Shown: positions 13,282 through 26,913, counted from the first letter of the whole stretch. The stretch is 63,993 nt of DNA, filler included, from Gonapodya sp. JEL0774 (GCA_027604505.1; 3 parts of 3 records of this genome joined end to end with filler, not necessarily neighbours in it), one strand, 5' to 3'. Program-made: numbers and translations. The notes: generated by a model not told the origin, from the sequence alone.

Positions 13282-15108
13282 ATGTTTCCATCGAATCCAA
13301 GCGAGATAATCCCACTGCATCCGTACAATGCGCCAGATGTGCTTGAGTTCTCGCCTGACGGTACCACATTGGCAGCCGCGTTTTCGCAGACGGCGTCGTC
13401 GTCAGGCGCTCTCGGGGAGGGTGGAGGTGGTCGAGCCGGATGTGATATTCTATTGATTCGGCAGCAATCAAATCAGCAGCATCAGCATTGGAATCCACAG
13501 CACTGCTTGCACACCGAGCTCCAACAATCTCGAACACCAACAACTGCAATCCCTGCCGCATCTCGCTTTCTTTCGGCACTCGCTTGGTCTCCTGACTCTA
13601 CTGCCCTGTTTGCCGCCTACTTCACCGGTGAATTCCGGTCCTGGTCTCTCCCGCCGTCGTTCCCCATCACAGTTCCAGTGCCTGGTCCGGACCTCGCTCT
13701 TCCGGACGACTCCTTCACCTCGATCGCGGTTTCTTCAGACTTGGACCCCAGCTCCCCTTCCCGTACTTCTCTCATTGCTCTTGGCACGGCCCGTTCCGGT
13801 GTTCGACTCCTGTGGATCGCTTCGCAACCGAGTGACCCCATCACGCCTCTCCGCGCCCTTCGAGCCGAAACCTTGTCGTTCACACTGCCTTTGTCTGATC
13901 CTACTGCGCCGGAGCTTGCCCTCACAAACCAGCCCCGAGTTACCGCGGTAGCTTGGTGCCCCACCGCCCCATACCCAACCCTCGCAGCTGCACTCGCTGA
14001 CGGCCGGATTGCTTTGTGGGAACTCCGCTCAACCCCTTCTTCCCGCCATTTCGATCAAAACCCTCAATCTCTCACTCTCGTGTCTCCAAACCTTAATCCC
14101 TTCTCGCACACCCCGCTTCAACCGAACCTGCTGTACTGCCTCTGGCTCTCCACCCACACCGACCCGTCACAAATCCGTCTCCGCTGGTCCCCATTGGGGA
14201 CTTACCTCGCCACCACTGGCTCCGATCGTCGAGTTTCCATCTGGACACCTCATCGCGACGGAGACGCGAAGGACAGTTCAGCCGTAAACCGCAATCCTCC
14301 CACCACCCCCGCTGGCCACTGTTCACCCATATCTTGGCGCCGGCATTGGTCTGGGTTTGGAACGGACTGCGTTTTCGTGACCACTCCTTCATCGATGACA
14401 ACACTATGCGCTGTCGTCTCTGGTTCGTCCCTCGTGACCGTATCCTTACCTGCCGACCCTCTCCCACGTTCTCTATTTTCTGCGTCTATCGTCGAATCTT
14501 CGAATACTCTCCCCTCTTGGATGTCGCAATCTACCGCAAGCCCCACCGCCAACCTCACACCCCTACTTCTCCCCACACCACCTACCTGCATCGCTGCCCA
14601 CCCTACCCACCCCTCCATCGCCCTACCTTCATCCGTCTCTGGCGGTTTCGGATCTCATTCAGGCATGGCCGGGTTTATCGCTGCGTTTGTTGCCTCGGAC
14701 GTCGCACAAAGCATGCGTGAAGACGACATGATGGCCGGTTTGATGGACGCACGAGGCGGACTACACTTGGATTCGGAAAGCGAGCACCATGCTGGGGGAG
14801 CGGATGTGGCGGCCTACGCGATGGCGTTTGGGAGCACAGCATGGAGCGGGGTGTACGCGGGATCCGGCCGTGCATCCGCCAAACCACCAGCTCGTGCCAT
14901 CACCGGCACTACAGGTCTCCCTGGCTACGGTGTCTGGACGCCCACCGCAAACAATGTCACCAGTGATTTGAATCGCTCTGCTTTCACATCGATTGGGGTA
15001 CAGGTGGCGGGGTTATCCTCCGCTTCGGTCTTTTCCACGGGCGCGATGAGGGACGAAGAAGGTATTAGGAGCTTAGTGGGTGCAGTGGGTGGGTTGAGGA
15101 TCGGGTAA
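13282..15108 (+). CDS. WD40/beta-propeller-like repeat protein
   Basis: Intronless ORF with repeats LEFSPDGTTLAA, LAWSPDSTALFA, VAWCP...DGRIALWE and LRWSPLGTYLATTGSDRRVSIW. Confidence 0.75.
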   Translation: MFPSNPSEIIPLHPYNAPDVLEFSPDGTTLAAAFSQTASSSGALGEGGGGRAGCDILLIRQQSNQQHQHWNPQHCLHTELQQSRTPTTAIPAASRFLSALAWSPDSTALFAAYFTGEFRSWSLPPSFPITVPVPGPDLALPDDSFTSIAVSSDLDPSSPSRTSLIALGTARSGVRLLWIASQPSDPITPLRALRAETLSFTLPLSDPTAPELALTNQPRVTAVAWCPTAPYPTLAAALADGRIALWELRSTPSSRHFDQNPQSLTLVSPNLNPFSHTPLQPNLLYCLWLSTHTDPSQIRLRWSPLGTYLATTGSDRRVSIWTPHRDGDAKDSSAVNRNPPTTPAGHCSPISWRRHWSGFGTDCVFVTTPSSMTTLCAVVSGSSLVTVSLPADPLPRSLFSASIVESSNTLPSWMSQSTASPTANLTPLLLPTPPTCIAAHPTHPSIALPSSVSGGFGSHSGMAGFIAAFVASDVAQSMREDDMMAGLMDARGGLHLDSESEHHAGGADVAAYAMAFGSTAWSGVYAGSGRASAKPPARAITGTTGLPGYGVWTPTANNVTSDLNRSAFTSIGVQVAGLSSASVFSTGAMRDEEGIRSLVGAVGGLRIG

Positions 15109-15776
15109 TTTGGACAGAGTGCGTAAAAGTGAAAGGAAAAGGTGATCTGAAAGGATCTGGGCCATTCATAAGCTTGCCCTAGCGTGTTTTGCCGCGTCGA
15201 AGTAATTGTACGAACATTTTTGTTTTTGTATTTGCGCTTCGGTGTTTTGGTCTCGTACATGTTGAATGGTCGGACAGAGTGGATAACTCCTGCACTACTG
15301 GCACTGTTCCACGAACCATACATTATGGCATATAGCAAAAGAGAACATGTTGCAATCAGTACCCGAGTCCTTTGTGATTCGCACGAACGTGCACTACCAT
15401 TGTCGGCAGTTCCAGTCGTTTTTGTTCTGAAATTTCCTCGCGAGTTTGGATATTGGGTAAAGAAATGACAAGCTGGTGTGGGCGGTGATGGGCCGGGTTT
15501 TGTAGGTCCAGCCGCGTCAGCGTAAAAGAAACCATCTGAGCCACAAAATGTTCTCGGATTTCATTTTCAGAGATTGTAACACCCAGATGGAGCTCAAAGT
15601 TGTGAGAAGAGGGTACTGCGACCTTGTGTTGCTTTGTTTCCTCGTTTGGAATGGGTCGGAGCCAAGCAACTATGATGCCGATAACAAAGTGCGGGGATAC
15701 TCAATAACACCGAGAAATCTTGTGAATAAAAGCCCACCAAATTACATTCATCATCGTGCTCTCGATCCACAAACTT

Positions 15777-17286
15777 ATGGACGTAATTGCGTCGGTTCCA
15801 ACTTCAGTGAAGGTCCTTGCCGCCGTCGTCGCCAGCGCCGTGGTTGTTCATCAATTTTACTATGCTGGGGGACGTAATCCGTACAATCGGATCAATCTTA
15901 AGGGCAAAACGGCGATCGTTACAGGAGGTAACACTGGCATTGGATACGAGACTGCTCTTCAGCTCGCAAAAAACGGTGCGGAAGTTGTCCTCGCGTGCCG
16001 AGATTCCCAGAAGGTGAACCGTCTTTTTCTTGATGTTGGCACCTTGCTTCTGGTAACTTCAGCTAATACTTCCTTTTCAGACAAAAGATGCGGTGGAGGC
16101 TATTAAGAAGAGCTCTTCAAACCCCCGTATTTCTGCTGAAGCGCTCAACCTCGACTCCTTGGATAGTGTGAGGGGATTCGCAAAAAGGTGGAAGGATTCA
16201 GGAAAGCCTATTCACTTGCTGGTAAGTTTTTGATGTATTTTTTTGGCTTCACATGACGCCAACAGGCGGGACATTTGTCTCCAGATCAATAATGCCGGCG
16301 TCATGGTGAGCTTTCACAACGGTCAAGTCTTGACAACTCTCAGTGCAGCTCACTGCGAGCCATGTAGGCTCTTCCAAAACGTGAAACGACCAAAGACGGC
16401 TTCGAGATGCAGTTTGGGGTAAATCACTTGGGACACTTCTTGCTGACGTGGGTCAATCACAATCTGCAATCACAATCTGCGGGAGTGTGGTGTCCTTCTC
16501 ACGATTTCCCTTCTCAGAAACCTTCTCTTAGACGTCATTAAAACTACAGCTCTCTCTGGTGGACCTGTTCGTATCGTAAATGTTTCTAGTCGTGCAGGAA
16601 CACGCGGTGAGGGTTCCTCGCCGTGCTCGCGATTACTTGGCCGCCTAGAGACAAACCCTCTTGAAATCCAGGATTCATCGATTGGGATGACTTGATGAAG
16701 CAAAAGGAAGGCAGCTACGATCCGTTGATAGTTTAGTGAGTCCACGACTGTTATGGTGTCCGGGATCGACCCAATCTGAAAAGTAATTCATGCAAACTCT
16801 GCGATTCTTCCTTTTCACTCACTCAGCAACCAATCAAAACTCGCGAACGTACTCTTTTCTTTGGGCCTCCAGTCTCGTCTGTCCGAATCTGCCCCCAAAT
16901 CTGACATCATGGTCACTTCGCTGCACCCTGGTGTTGTGAGAACCGAGCTCGCACGTTACTTCCTTCAGAACAATCCAATTCTCTCGTTCACCCTTCAAAC
17001 CGTACTCGCGCCTGTGGTCTACACCATGATGAAATCGCCTTTCGAAGGAGCTCAAACGACGTTGTATTGCGCAACAGCACCGTCAAAGGAGCTCGTTCCT
17101 GGCGGGTACTATCAGGACTGCAAGTATTCTCGCCATCCGCAAGATGTAACGAGAGATCCCGAAGCGGTGAAGAAGGTGAGACAGATGTGTTTTATGCTTG
17201 CCACTGACACCGCGCGAAATTCAAATTCGATTGATCCTCAAAAGTTTTGGGCGGTGAGCGAGAAATTAGTGGGCCTTACCGCCTAG
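15777..17286 (+). CDS. Short-chain dehydrogenase/reductase (retinol dehydrogenase-like), multi-exon
   Basis: [37 protein letters not shown], spliced YNQSKLAN (YxxxK), [18 protein letters not shown]. Confidence 0.92.
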
Positions 17287-17420
17287 GTGACCAAATATTT
17301 CTTTGTTTACGTTGGTTTAATTTTGGATGTTCCATGGTGTAATTGGGAGATCCCCGTCCCAATAATAGAATTTTGAGAAGTTAGCTTACTCTGTGCATTT
17401 CCTCTACAACCTATTCTCGT

Positions 17421-18495
17421 CTATGTGAAAGATAGAAGTCCGTCATAATCGAATTCCGCGATGCCCGGGTGTGCAGCATTTGCGGCAGCCATCGGCATAG
17501 CTAACTTTACCGCCTCTTCCCATTCCATTCCTTTCACTTGTCGAGCGTAGATAATGACAGCCATCATAACGTCACCACTTCCAGTTGCCGAAACTTCCTT
17601 CACCAAAGGCGGAATGAATGAGACTGGCTGCCTATTCGAACCGTGGCAGACCCACACTGGATTCGGTCCATCAGACACAATCCAGCATTTGACAGGGTAC
17701 AATTCACATGCACGACGAAGGAGCCATGGAGTGTCGGGTTCAGTGCCTGAAGGTTCACCGAAAACATGCCCCTTAAATAGCTGCCGAATCTCATTTGCAT
17801 TGACTTTGACGAGCTCCACTTTGCGGGTCACAAGGTGACTTAAAGGAGGCCCATATGTGTCAACAAAGAGTGGTACGCCTGATTCAATCGCCGCGTCAAT
17901 TGCGTCACGGAATGGTGTTGCGTCATTCGAGTTCCACCCCGGAGCCGATCCGCAGATCGCTATAGCGCCCATTTTACCCTCTTCTTGTAGATGTGCAGCC
18001 AATTCAGCAGCTTGTCTCCAGGCATCTCGATCGGGCGGTGCGTCCGGCCCCAAGAAAGACGTTTCTGCAACACCGGTTGCCCGCACAACAAAGCCGGAGC
18101 GTGTCGGCACGCGTGTATTCACACTCAAGAACGGTATCCCTTTTCGTGAGAGCCAATCTGAACACTGCTGGCCAGAGGTCCCACCCAGAAAGGTCACAGC
18201 TGTGACTGGCGCGTCCAGTCTCTGGAGCATTCTACCCCATTAGCATCGGATCCCAAAAGCCATCCAAAACCAGTGAACGAAAGAGATCGAGCGGGAATCG
18301 ACGATTTGGCTCATAAATGATGTTTCATTCGGCAGGAGCTTCTGATGACGCTCACTTTGCCACATTGATTCCCTTCCCGCCAGTTTGAAAACTTGATTCC
18401 TTGGCGCGGTATGTACCACCCGGATTCCATGTTGGGCAATCAAAAGTCGTCTCCGCAAGAGGGTTTCCTGTGAAGGTTATAATTGCGGGAACCAT
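17421..18495 (-). CDS. PfkB-family sugar kinase (1-phosphofructokinase/tagatose-6-phosphate kinase-like)
   Basis: TGNPLAET...GGKGINVAK N-terminal signature, ICGSAP, FVDTYG, VKVNANE and SATGSGD anion-hole motif. One intron at ~18231-18353. Confidence 0.88.
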
Positions 18496-18629
18496 CTCTG
18501 TAAAGTTTGCTCGTTCAGTGCCGCTGACTATCTCACTCATGCAAACGAATAACATAAATATCTCTATCGTTAAACATGTAAATGAAGTCTCTTCCTAGAT
18601 TCTAGTAATCTACCTTCATACCGCTCTGC

Positions 18630-21190
18630 TCATAAAAACCTCTTTGCAAGCACCGGGTCGATGTTGAGCTCCTTGACCCAGTCAAGATCCGGGTAATGAA
18701 TGGCCTTCGCCTCGGGGTAGCTTTTCATCTGCTTGATGTAGAATCTGTGGCGAAAGAAAATGGACACGTGGAATTGGTGCCAAGTCCGTTTCCGTAATGG
18801 TAATAGTCTTTCTGCATATTTACTCACCTATACTCCCCAATGGTTTTGCACACCTTGCGGCTAAGATAGAGAGAAGACCCTGTCAGATTGCACAGCATGC
18901 GAACCCGCCTCATGCACACCACTTCGGCCTCACTTGAAATCCATGGCCTCATAACGGTTCTTCACATCTGGCTTTTGATTACGGACATACTCCGGCAACA
19001 TGTCGTCCGGAAGTGGGTCGACCCAGCGCGCGGATGTGATTCGCGCATGCAGAAAGTATGCTGGTAGTTGTGTGGGAATCCGAAGTTGGCAAAAGGAGGA
19101 ACAAGTAAAAGCAAGGGGTTGCATTCGTGAAATCTCAAGACACAGGATCGGCTCATTTTGGTTCGGCTGCACTCACGCCAGCTGTACCGGGATTGTCCAC
19201 TCGTGTTGAGCTTCACACGGTGGGAGGTTGCAATGTACCGTCCACCGGTTATGGCTTCAAGGAACGATCCGACGTTGCACACCATCTGGTGTATTATGAA
19301 TGGGGTCAAATGGACATAGTGTGCCGACCGCGGGGGAACAGTAACTCACAGTGCCTTCGATTGGAGTGACGTCGATCCAGCTGGAATAGGTGATGGGTGT
19401 CAGGGCATGATTGAATCATCTAACCATAGGTTATGCCCAATACTTACTCCCCGTCGAAATTCTGGACCTGCAATCCCCCAATCATATCCTCTGAGTAGCA
19501 AATGCACCACCAACATCACGAAGCAGAAGCAGAAGCCCAGACAATTTTTCATCACTGTACTGTAAGCGACATGTCAAAGCATGGCTCCAACTCACGTGCG
19601 AGAATCGTGAGCAAATCATCGTCTTGGTGTGCTGCATCGCCCAGATTTTCTGCCCACTGTGATAACACCCGCACACATCAACTGACACGTTTACTTTCAT
19701 CTCAGTTAATATCGACCACCCACCTCGGGATTGTCACCCACATCAATCGATGGATAGTGATTGAACTGAAACCCATGCGCCGGCCTCTCCAAGTCTCCCA
19801 CTCCCCAAAGCTCGTCGAAATACGTGGGAGGGAGTTCAAGCGTTTCTGCGACGGCGTGGAGCAGCGTGACTGCGACTTTGTGGATTGCCGCGAGGTATTC
19901 GCGGGCGGTGGTGCTGAAGTCGGGGACTTGGGTGTCCTAAAGTGAGTCATACGACCGAATAAATATCACGAGGAGATCAGAGTTTGTCGGTTTTGGTCGC
20001 GAGATGAGCCAGTGTGAGGTTCTACTCACAGTAGGCACGTTCCAGGGTCCAACGCAATTGTACCACACGGGCTCATCGGGTGTACGCATACGGTTATCAT
20101 AGGCTACCGAGAGTGTTTCCCGCATGTCGTTTCTGTTGAGGAACGCGAAGAGACAACCGAAGGGACGGGTCAATTGTGTCAGGGTAGTGGAAGGGGGCGA
20201 TTAGGTGGACCGGACATGATAAACCAGGCAGAGTAGAATGAGCCAGCATACTCGCAGTCAATGCCACTGTCTCCTCCACCAGGAACCACGTCCAAAGTTC
20301 TCCGTCCTATCCCACTCGTCACGGTCTGTTTACTCACTTGCCGTATGTCACCTCCCTCCCCAACTCGTTCCACCCCTTGAAGCATGGGCTCTTCTCGATG
20401 GCGAACTTGAGCTTCTCTTCACGGGGCAGAGCTTGAGGATCGTGTGGATGAGGTGGTAGTGGAACCGGTGGAGCGACGAGCGAATCGAGATTTGAGCTCG
20501 TTGATCGTTGGAATCGTTAAAGCGGATCAGAGAAGTAAATTGGACTTACCGAATGAGCTCTTTACAGTTTCGTAGATGCGATGCTGGAGCTCGTCAGGTA
20601 CTGGACGTGGGTCATGAGTTGTTGTTTGAGGTTGAGGTAGACGGGAGCGGTGAGGGGGTCATGACAAAAGATACGTAGTTCATGAGCACTTGTGCGCGAC
20701 AGGATTAAAAGGAGAGACTTCTTGAACGTGCAATGTCCAAGAAGTTCGTCATTTTTCTCTTGGACGAGCAGTACGGAGTGGCGAACGCTGGAGCGACTCA
20801 ATAAAACAGATACGTCGCTGGGAGCTTCGTGAGATATCGCCATTGTGCGATTCAGATGACCACCAGTGTTGAGCGCCGCTACATACGATATCTTGACGTG
20901 CTCGATGGTGGGCAGAATGGGACAAGCAGACACGCCGATATGAAATGCCCACCAACCACCAAGCCTCACCGTGCACTTGATGCACCTCCTACCATCGCCG
21001 TAGCACAGTCCACTTGCCCATTGGTACATTCCTGGACCCTCTTCGAGGTACTCACCTCCGGTATTCTTGACGTAGAAGAACCCACACGTCATGAGGACCT
21101 GTCTGAACTGGGCTAGGAAGTCACGTTTCTCTTCCGGTGTGGCGGAATCGGAGATCTGGGAGAGGTCGAGGATTGGAATGACTCTTTTGT
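18630..21190 (-). CDS. 2-oxoglutarate/Fe(II)-dependent dioxygenase (IPNS/DIOX_N family), many exons; start uncertain
   Basis: IPILDLS...CGFFYVKN, HKDDD (HxD), LQVQ, VCNVGSFLEAITGGRYIATSHRV and RYS motif. Confidence 0.88.
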
Positions 21191-21805
21191 GGGATTGGGA
21201 GTGTGAAGGGGGAACGAAAGGTGAGGAGATGAATGCGATTTGAGGGTTTTTTCACACCGACAAATCAACGATTTCGGTCACGTTAACCGATTTGTCACCC
21301 TCAGTTGTCGTTGATACGTGTGTGTCGCTCCTGATGCAGGTATCATCGTCCACAAGTCCTCGGAAAGCGATATCCCCGTGATTACTATCGACAGTTTGCC
21401 TTCCCGTTCGCTCCGCGTTGGTTACGCATTCTCGTTACTCTCTTCACAGTCCATATTGTACTGTGCAGTGTTAAGTGCGGCCAATGCAACTTCCGAATTC
21501 AGGGAGACTGGGCAGCATGAAGAGCCGAATATTTTCAATCACTTCTCCAAACAGTTTCAAGCATCATCCCTCAAGATACGAAAAATGGGAGAGCAGGTGG
21601 AAGAAACAACGAATCAAAATACCTAAAACTTTCAACTAAAGTACTCACTTAAACGACTTGGAAAACTTCTCGACGGCCGCCGACTCTTCCATGCCACCCG
21701 TGTTTTCTTTTGAGAGAACATGGCTGGATGAGCTTTGATGGGTGTTAGGTTGGTGTGCACGCATTATTATGTGCGAAGATCATCATGCAATGAACGGGCG
21801 GGTAC

Positions 21806-21861
21806 CAGGATTCAAGCGTGATGGAAATCGTTTCAGGATTCAAGCGTGATGGAAATCGTTT
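21806..21861. repeat. 28-bp perfect tandem duplication
   Basis: CAGGATTCAAGCGTGATGGAAATCGTTT x2. Confidence 0.9.
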
Positions 21862-22196
21862 CAATAAGCTACGAAAAGCATAAAGACAGCTGATGCAATC
21901 AATGTGGACACCTACGTCGGGGCATTCGCTGGAGAAGGGGATGAAGTGAGCATTGCTGTCCACGGAGATGTTGAGAACGTGAATGGTTGCGAACGGGCAG
22001 AGGATCGATAAGCGTAATGATAAGGTTAAACACAATACGGACAACCTGAAAGCGTCGATCAGCGTGCTTGTTTATATTGCCAAGACGTAGGATGATCGCA
22101 GAGCGGTTCGGGTGCCGGGGTGCCGGTGGGTCGAAAATTTGGAGCAAAGCCCTAGAAACTCCGCGCCAAAATTCAATTGATTCTCGAGACACAACG

Positions 22197-23497
22197 ATGG
22201 CGGACTTAAGCAAACAATCCATCCCAATTCATTCGATTACAGAGAAGGAAGCGGCGGCCGCCATGATGTCCATGGCCAATCGCAACAAGGTCGTGGCTCC
22301 CACCGCTGGGAGCCAGTTCCAGAGCGCTTTCCCAGTCAGCAACGGAACAACGCTACCAACCGGATTCCTAAAACCGCAGCTCGGTCGGCTACATCTCACC
22401 AAAAACGACTCGTTGTACAAGGATCGGTTCACGGTACACCAGCAAATTCGGAAAATCCTCGTGGAGTGGATGATCAAGGCTCTCAGCTACCACCAATTCT
22501 TTCAGGCCATCCTGCTGAATCAAATGCAGCGACATCAACCTTCATTGACTTCGTCTAGTATTACTTGGTCTAGTACTACTACGCTCAGTGGCAAATACAG
22601 TCTACTCAAGTGTTTGATCGAACGCACCAGTTCATTCTCACTTGATTGTCAGAAGACGCTCGACAGGCACGATGGATTCGGGCGATTGAAAGATGACGCG
22701 GGGTTCTTCTACGTCGAGGATCCCTGCATAAGATTCCCCCCGGAGGAAGTGGCCTTTATTAACGAGACAGCAATTGACGTTTTTCAAAGCTGTGCTGACT
22801 GGACGGTGCGCAATACAACAGAAACGCAGAGCCGTAACCAGTATCCGCTGTCGAACTCCACTGGGATGGCCGATGCCAATCGTCAAACCTCAAGTGTGCC
22901 ACCAGTGCACGCACTCCGCACTTGTCCGACAAACATACCATCGCGCAGTCTTGACCACCACCCCTCTCACCCGCCCACTGTTACCTCCACCAATGAGAAC
23001 CGACATCTGACTCGTAGCCCACAGTGAGTGTGGATCTTTCCCGCGTTCCCTCGCCGGTGCACCGACTTTGTTATTTGTAACTGTTGGACCTCTCTCTCCT
23101 CACCTGTACATCGTTTTGGTGGATATAGCACCCCCATTCCACCCTCACAATCTCTCAAACGACCTTCTCCATCCTCCGAAGGTTTCGAAAATGAACCTCC
23201 CCTAAGTCAGTTCCGACAAATCCTTTCGCACCCCGGTTTTCCTCACTCACTCATCTGCGTGCTTGACTCACTGCTGTCTCCCTCTTGCCCTTTGTAGAGC
23301 GCCACCAAGCAAGCACCTTCCATTCCGTGCCTTTAAGAGCACCCGCATCAGGAAGTCTGGCGCGTGACGCGGTTTCACGTGCACACGCATCTGGACTTTT
23401 GGCACGTCTTTTGAAACCACCACCTCTGGTGTCCACTGCCAGGCTATCGCCGCAACAGCAACTTCAACCGCTGGCAAGGTCCCAGAACGTGAAATAG
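22197..23497 (+). CDS. Hypothetical protein, probably multi-exon
   Basis: 319-codon ORF 22068-23027 followed by short exon-like ORFs and a T-rich 3' region. No recognisable domain. Confidence 0.4.
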
Positions 23498-24711
23498 TGA
23501 TGATTTGTAACTTCAGGGGCGCAGATCTGATTTATTGGGGTGTGATGAGTGTATGGAAACCAGTACCGAGGACGGACATATCTGTATTCACTTTCTTTGT
23601 TGTTGTTTTTTTTTGTGTTTTTTTTTTTTTTTTTTTCTTTTGAGTATCCTGTTATCTATAATTATTTCTTTGTTTGTGATCTGTGCCATCTCCTTTGCAA
23701 ACGTTTTTCTGACCCCAGTTTGGGATCCCCAATCTCTGCATCCCCCCGCCCTGTGCATGCTCTGTGCATCCTGTCCAAAAATGCACTCAACATTTTCTTT
23801 ACAACATTCTTTGCCCTCTCCCTATGTTTTTTCTCGAACACCTCTCTATATGCAGGGTTCCACTGAAGCACTTGCCGAGCTCCGGCAGACTACTGTCATC
23901 ATTGTGTCTGAGAAGGGCTCCAGCACAGAAGATCCTCTCGCAATCGGGTACGAAACAGATCGCCACAACTATCTGAACTGGACTGGAGTCTGGCACCTCA
24001 GGTGCCCTCACCCGTGAGTAAACCAAGGTGCCTTCTCCCCCGCTTGGTGCTACAACATGGAATCACACGCTCCGTGATCTGTGTTGATATCGCTAAACTG
24101 ATACATGTAACTTCATTCCCTCCGTTCTCCCAACTCTGTCACACCCTACTGGCTACCCATCTTTCCCAAAAGTGTCGAAAGGAGACGACCAGATGCATAC
24201 GTCAGAGTCACCTGACAACCACAAAACCACCCCAACAAGCGAGATTTTGCAGCACAAAACTTGGTGGTGCAAAACCAACCACTGCCCTGTCTCACACTGT
24301 GCTGAGCGGTTTCTTGGTAAGTAGTGAAAGTTCACAGACGCGATGAATATTTTCGTCATGACACCTGACCAAACCTGCCTCTACAAAACATGTGGCTGAT
24401 TGTGCATGCTACCTCTCTCTTTGGAACCTTTGGAGCACGAAAAGACCTGGCGCATTCACACTTGCAACGACCTCACCCACCCACGATTTGTGATCCCTCT
24501 GTGGTGTACTGGGCACCTGGGGTGACCACAGTCCTGCGATGCATGCAGGTAGTCATACATGTATTGTACGATCTAGACATACATCAGATCCCCGTCCTAC
24601 ATCTACCAGTCCAGTCCAGTCCAGTACGGGACAGCACAATTGGGGGGACGGCCGGCAGCATCTCGCATCCTGTCACTCCGCTGTGGCCTGTGTCCGAATA
24701 CCGATCGAATC

Positions 24712-24811
24712 NNNNNNNNNNNNNNNNNNNNNNNNNNNNNNNNNNNNNNNNNNNNTTAATTAATTAANNNNNNNNNNNNNNNNNNNNNNNNNNNNNNNNN
24801 NNNNNNNNNNN
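24712..24811. other. Artificial contig linker / gap
   Basis: N-run, TTAATTAATTAA (stops in all six frames), N-run. Confidence 0.97.
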
Positions 24812-26913
24812 TCAAATCTGTCCTTCCAATGACTATATCCAAGTACTTAATATATCTCGGAGACAAAGTTTTGTAAGAGATGCTGGGACGCTGGCCTGTC
24901 CCTTGAAGCACCGAGACCCTGGAATTCATTCGCAGCGACAGAATGCGCACAAACAGTACGAGGTTCATGATAAAGAAACAAAATCTTCTAAGGCACGAAA
25001 TTACCAAAGAGAAAGTGAAGGGGTTAGGCAGAAGTGGTGGCTCAACGGGTCACTCGTTGGAAAACTGAGTGGATTCATGCAGCAGAGGTTCAAAGAACGG
25101 TGGATTTCCGTTCATCGTAGTCGGCGCATAGAGATTCTTCCCACATTTGCGAAACAAAGCGTTTATCTCAAACTGCCAAGTGATTCGGTCACCAGGCAAC
25201 ACCAACTTGTCCACACTTACCGAAGAAATTGATCACACAATCAAGCTCTCTATATCTACCAGCTCCTGTAGCCACCATTCATCAGCGCGAAATGATCAAT
25301 GTTACCCGGGAGCTGAGGAAAATGGTGATGGGAATCTAAATAGACAGTGGGAGCGCACCAGATTCATCAGGAACTTTGATTGCCGTTTTTGCGTCCCAAG
25401 TTCCAAAACGTATGTGTCGTTTCAGCTTGAGAGAATCTCGAACATCAACAACGAGGTTATTCTGCAACGTCTCTCTTGATTTCGCGATGAAAGATTAAGT
25501 CGCACTCGTCATATTTCGGACAATAGACGTACAGATGACATGACAGCATATGAACGATAAAGAAAACTCAAAGTTTACACCTTTAGTCGGCGTAGATCCC
25601 GGATGACGTAACATGTTCCGGGTACCATGACCGAGAAGTCGCAAGGCGTGCCCTCCCAAACGACGACGTGTATTAACAAGTTGGCACAAAAAGACACTGC
25701 TCATTGAATCACGGCACATTGTTGCGTCTTCAACTACAAGCAAATAGATTTACAGAGTGACACCAACAACTTTTACGCTAAACTGACCGTGTGTGATCTC
25801 ATATCACACTTCTCGAAGTCGTTCCCCCGATACCGCATTCGATTTTAAAATTGAAGGCTTACGGCTTTCGCTTCCCTTACTATGATATCTTTGTTAATCG
25901 TGTAGATGTCCCTCATGCACGTGCACGCTGGAAACGGAGAGGATTGTCAACCGGCATCACAACGTCGGGAATGCGGTGCTTCGCAATACGTACGATCCTC
26001 TCTATATCCTCCTGGGCATTTACCCGATATCGAGCAACAGCCGTTGTTGTAGAATCTGCAATGGAGGAAACAACGAATCGTTCAGTCAACATTTGCTTGG
26101 TCTTGTTCCCCACCATCTATTCCGGTCCCTGTTGGCTCAAATCGATGATCGGATCACTCCACGAAAACAATATGTTATATTGTGTGGCGTTTCTCTCGAT
26201 CCGTCGTTGTTGGCAGGTGAGATGTTGGCTGGGCATGCATATGCGTTTGAAGAACTGCAGAGGAGCGTGAGCGCTGATCCACATGCTGAGCTCCTCTTCT
26301 TACACAAGCGCGACCACCAGGACCGCATTTGAAATTAATTAATTGAATTACAGCTCAAGTAAAACAGCTCAAGTAAACTTTTTTAAAGAAGCCAATTAAG
26401 CTGCACTATGGCCATCGTCTATTTCATATCTGACAGAGTGATAGCCTGCAACGCATGACATATTCACGTGTTCACCGACGCAAGGTGGTTAAATGACCAT
26501 TGTCGCAAGCCAGAAACTTATCTAAGCAACTTGTAGCAGCTCCTCCGTTGTTCTCCTTGCGTGATCTCAAGGAGACTCGGGAAGCGCGGGGATTTTCCTC
26601 CCCCTGAGGTAATAAATGCCGTCCTTCCCAGTCTCCTCTCTCGAGTGCACCACCATCAAAACGTGCAACTTTCTCTTTATAGTTCGACAACTTTGCGTTT
26701 GCAATAAGAGTGACCGTGATTTGTTTGAGTGAGTCTTTGTTTGAATAGTCATAAGTCGAGGTGCCTGCAACCATAGTGTGATCGTGATTTCATTATCATT
26801 TTGCTTTCCCATTTCCATAAACGAATGCAAATTAATAGCTCTATTCCCTCCGTGACCACGAAATATCCCAACCACTATGTGCCATCACCGTCCGCCCGTC
26901 CGAACCCTCCTCT

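Noticed and set aside
20832..20893. tRNA-like stem
   Set aside because: No T-arm TTC motif or anticodon arm.
21806..21861. 28-bp repeat as a CRISPR-like repeat
   Set aside because: Only two abutting copies, no spacer, no cas genes.
24756..24767. TTAATTAATTAA palindrome within N-runs (also at ~49294)
   Set aside because: Artificial six-frame-stop linker, not biological.
25495..25743. LLVVEDATM...LGG as a PIF1/Helitron helicase motif
   Set aside because: Resemblance is too weak and no Walker A or Rep motifs were found.
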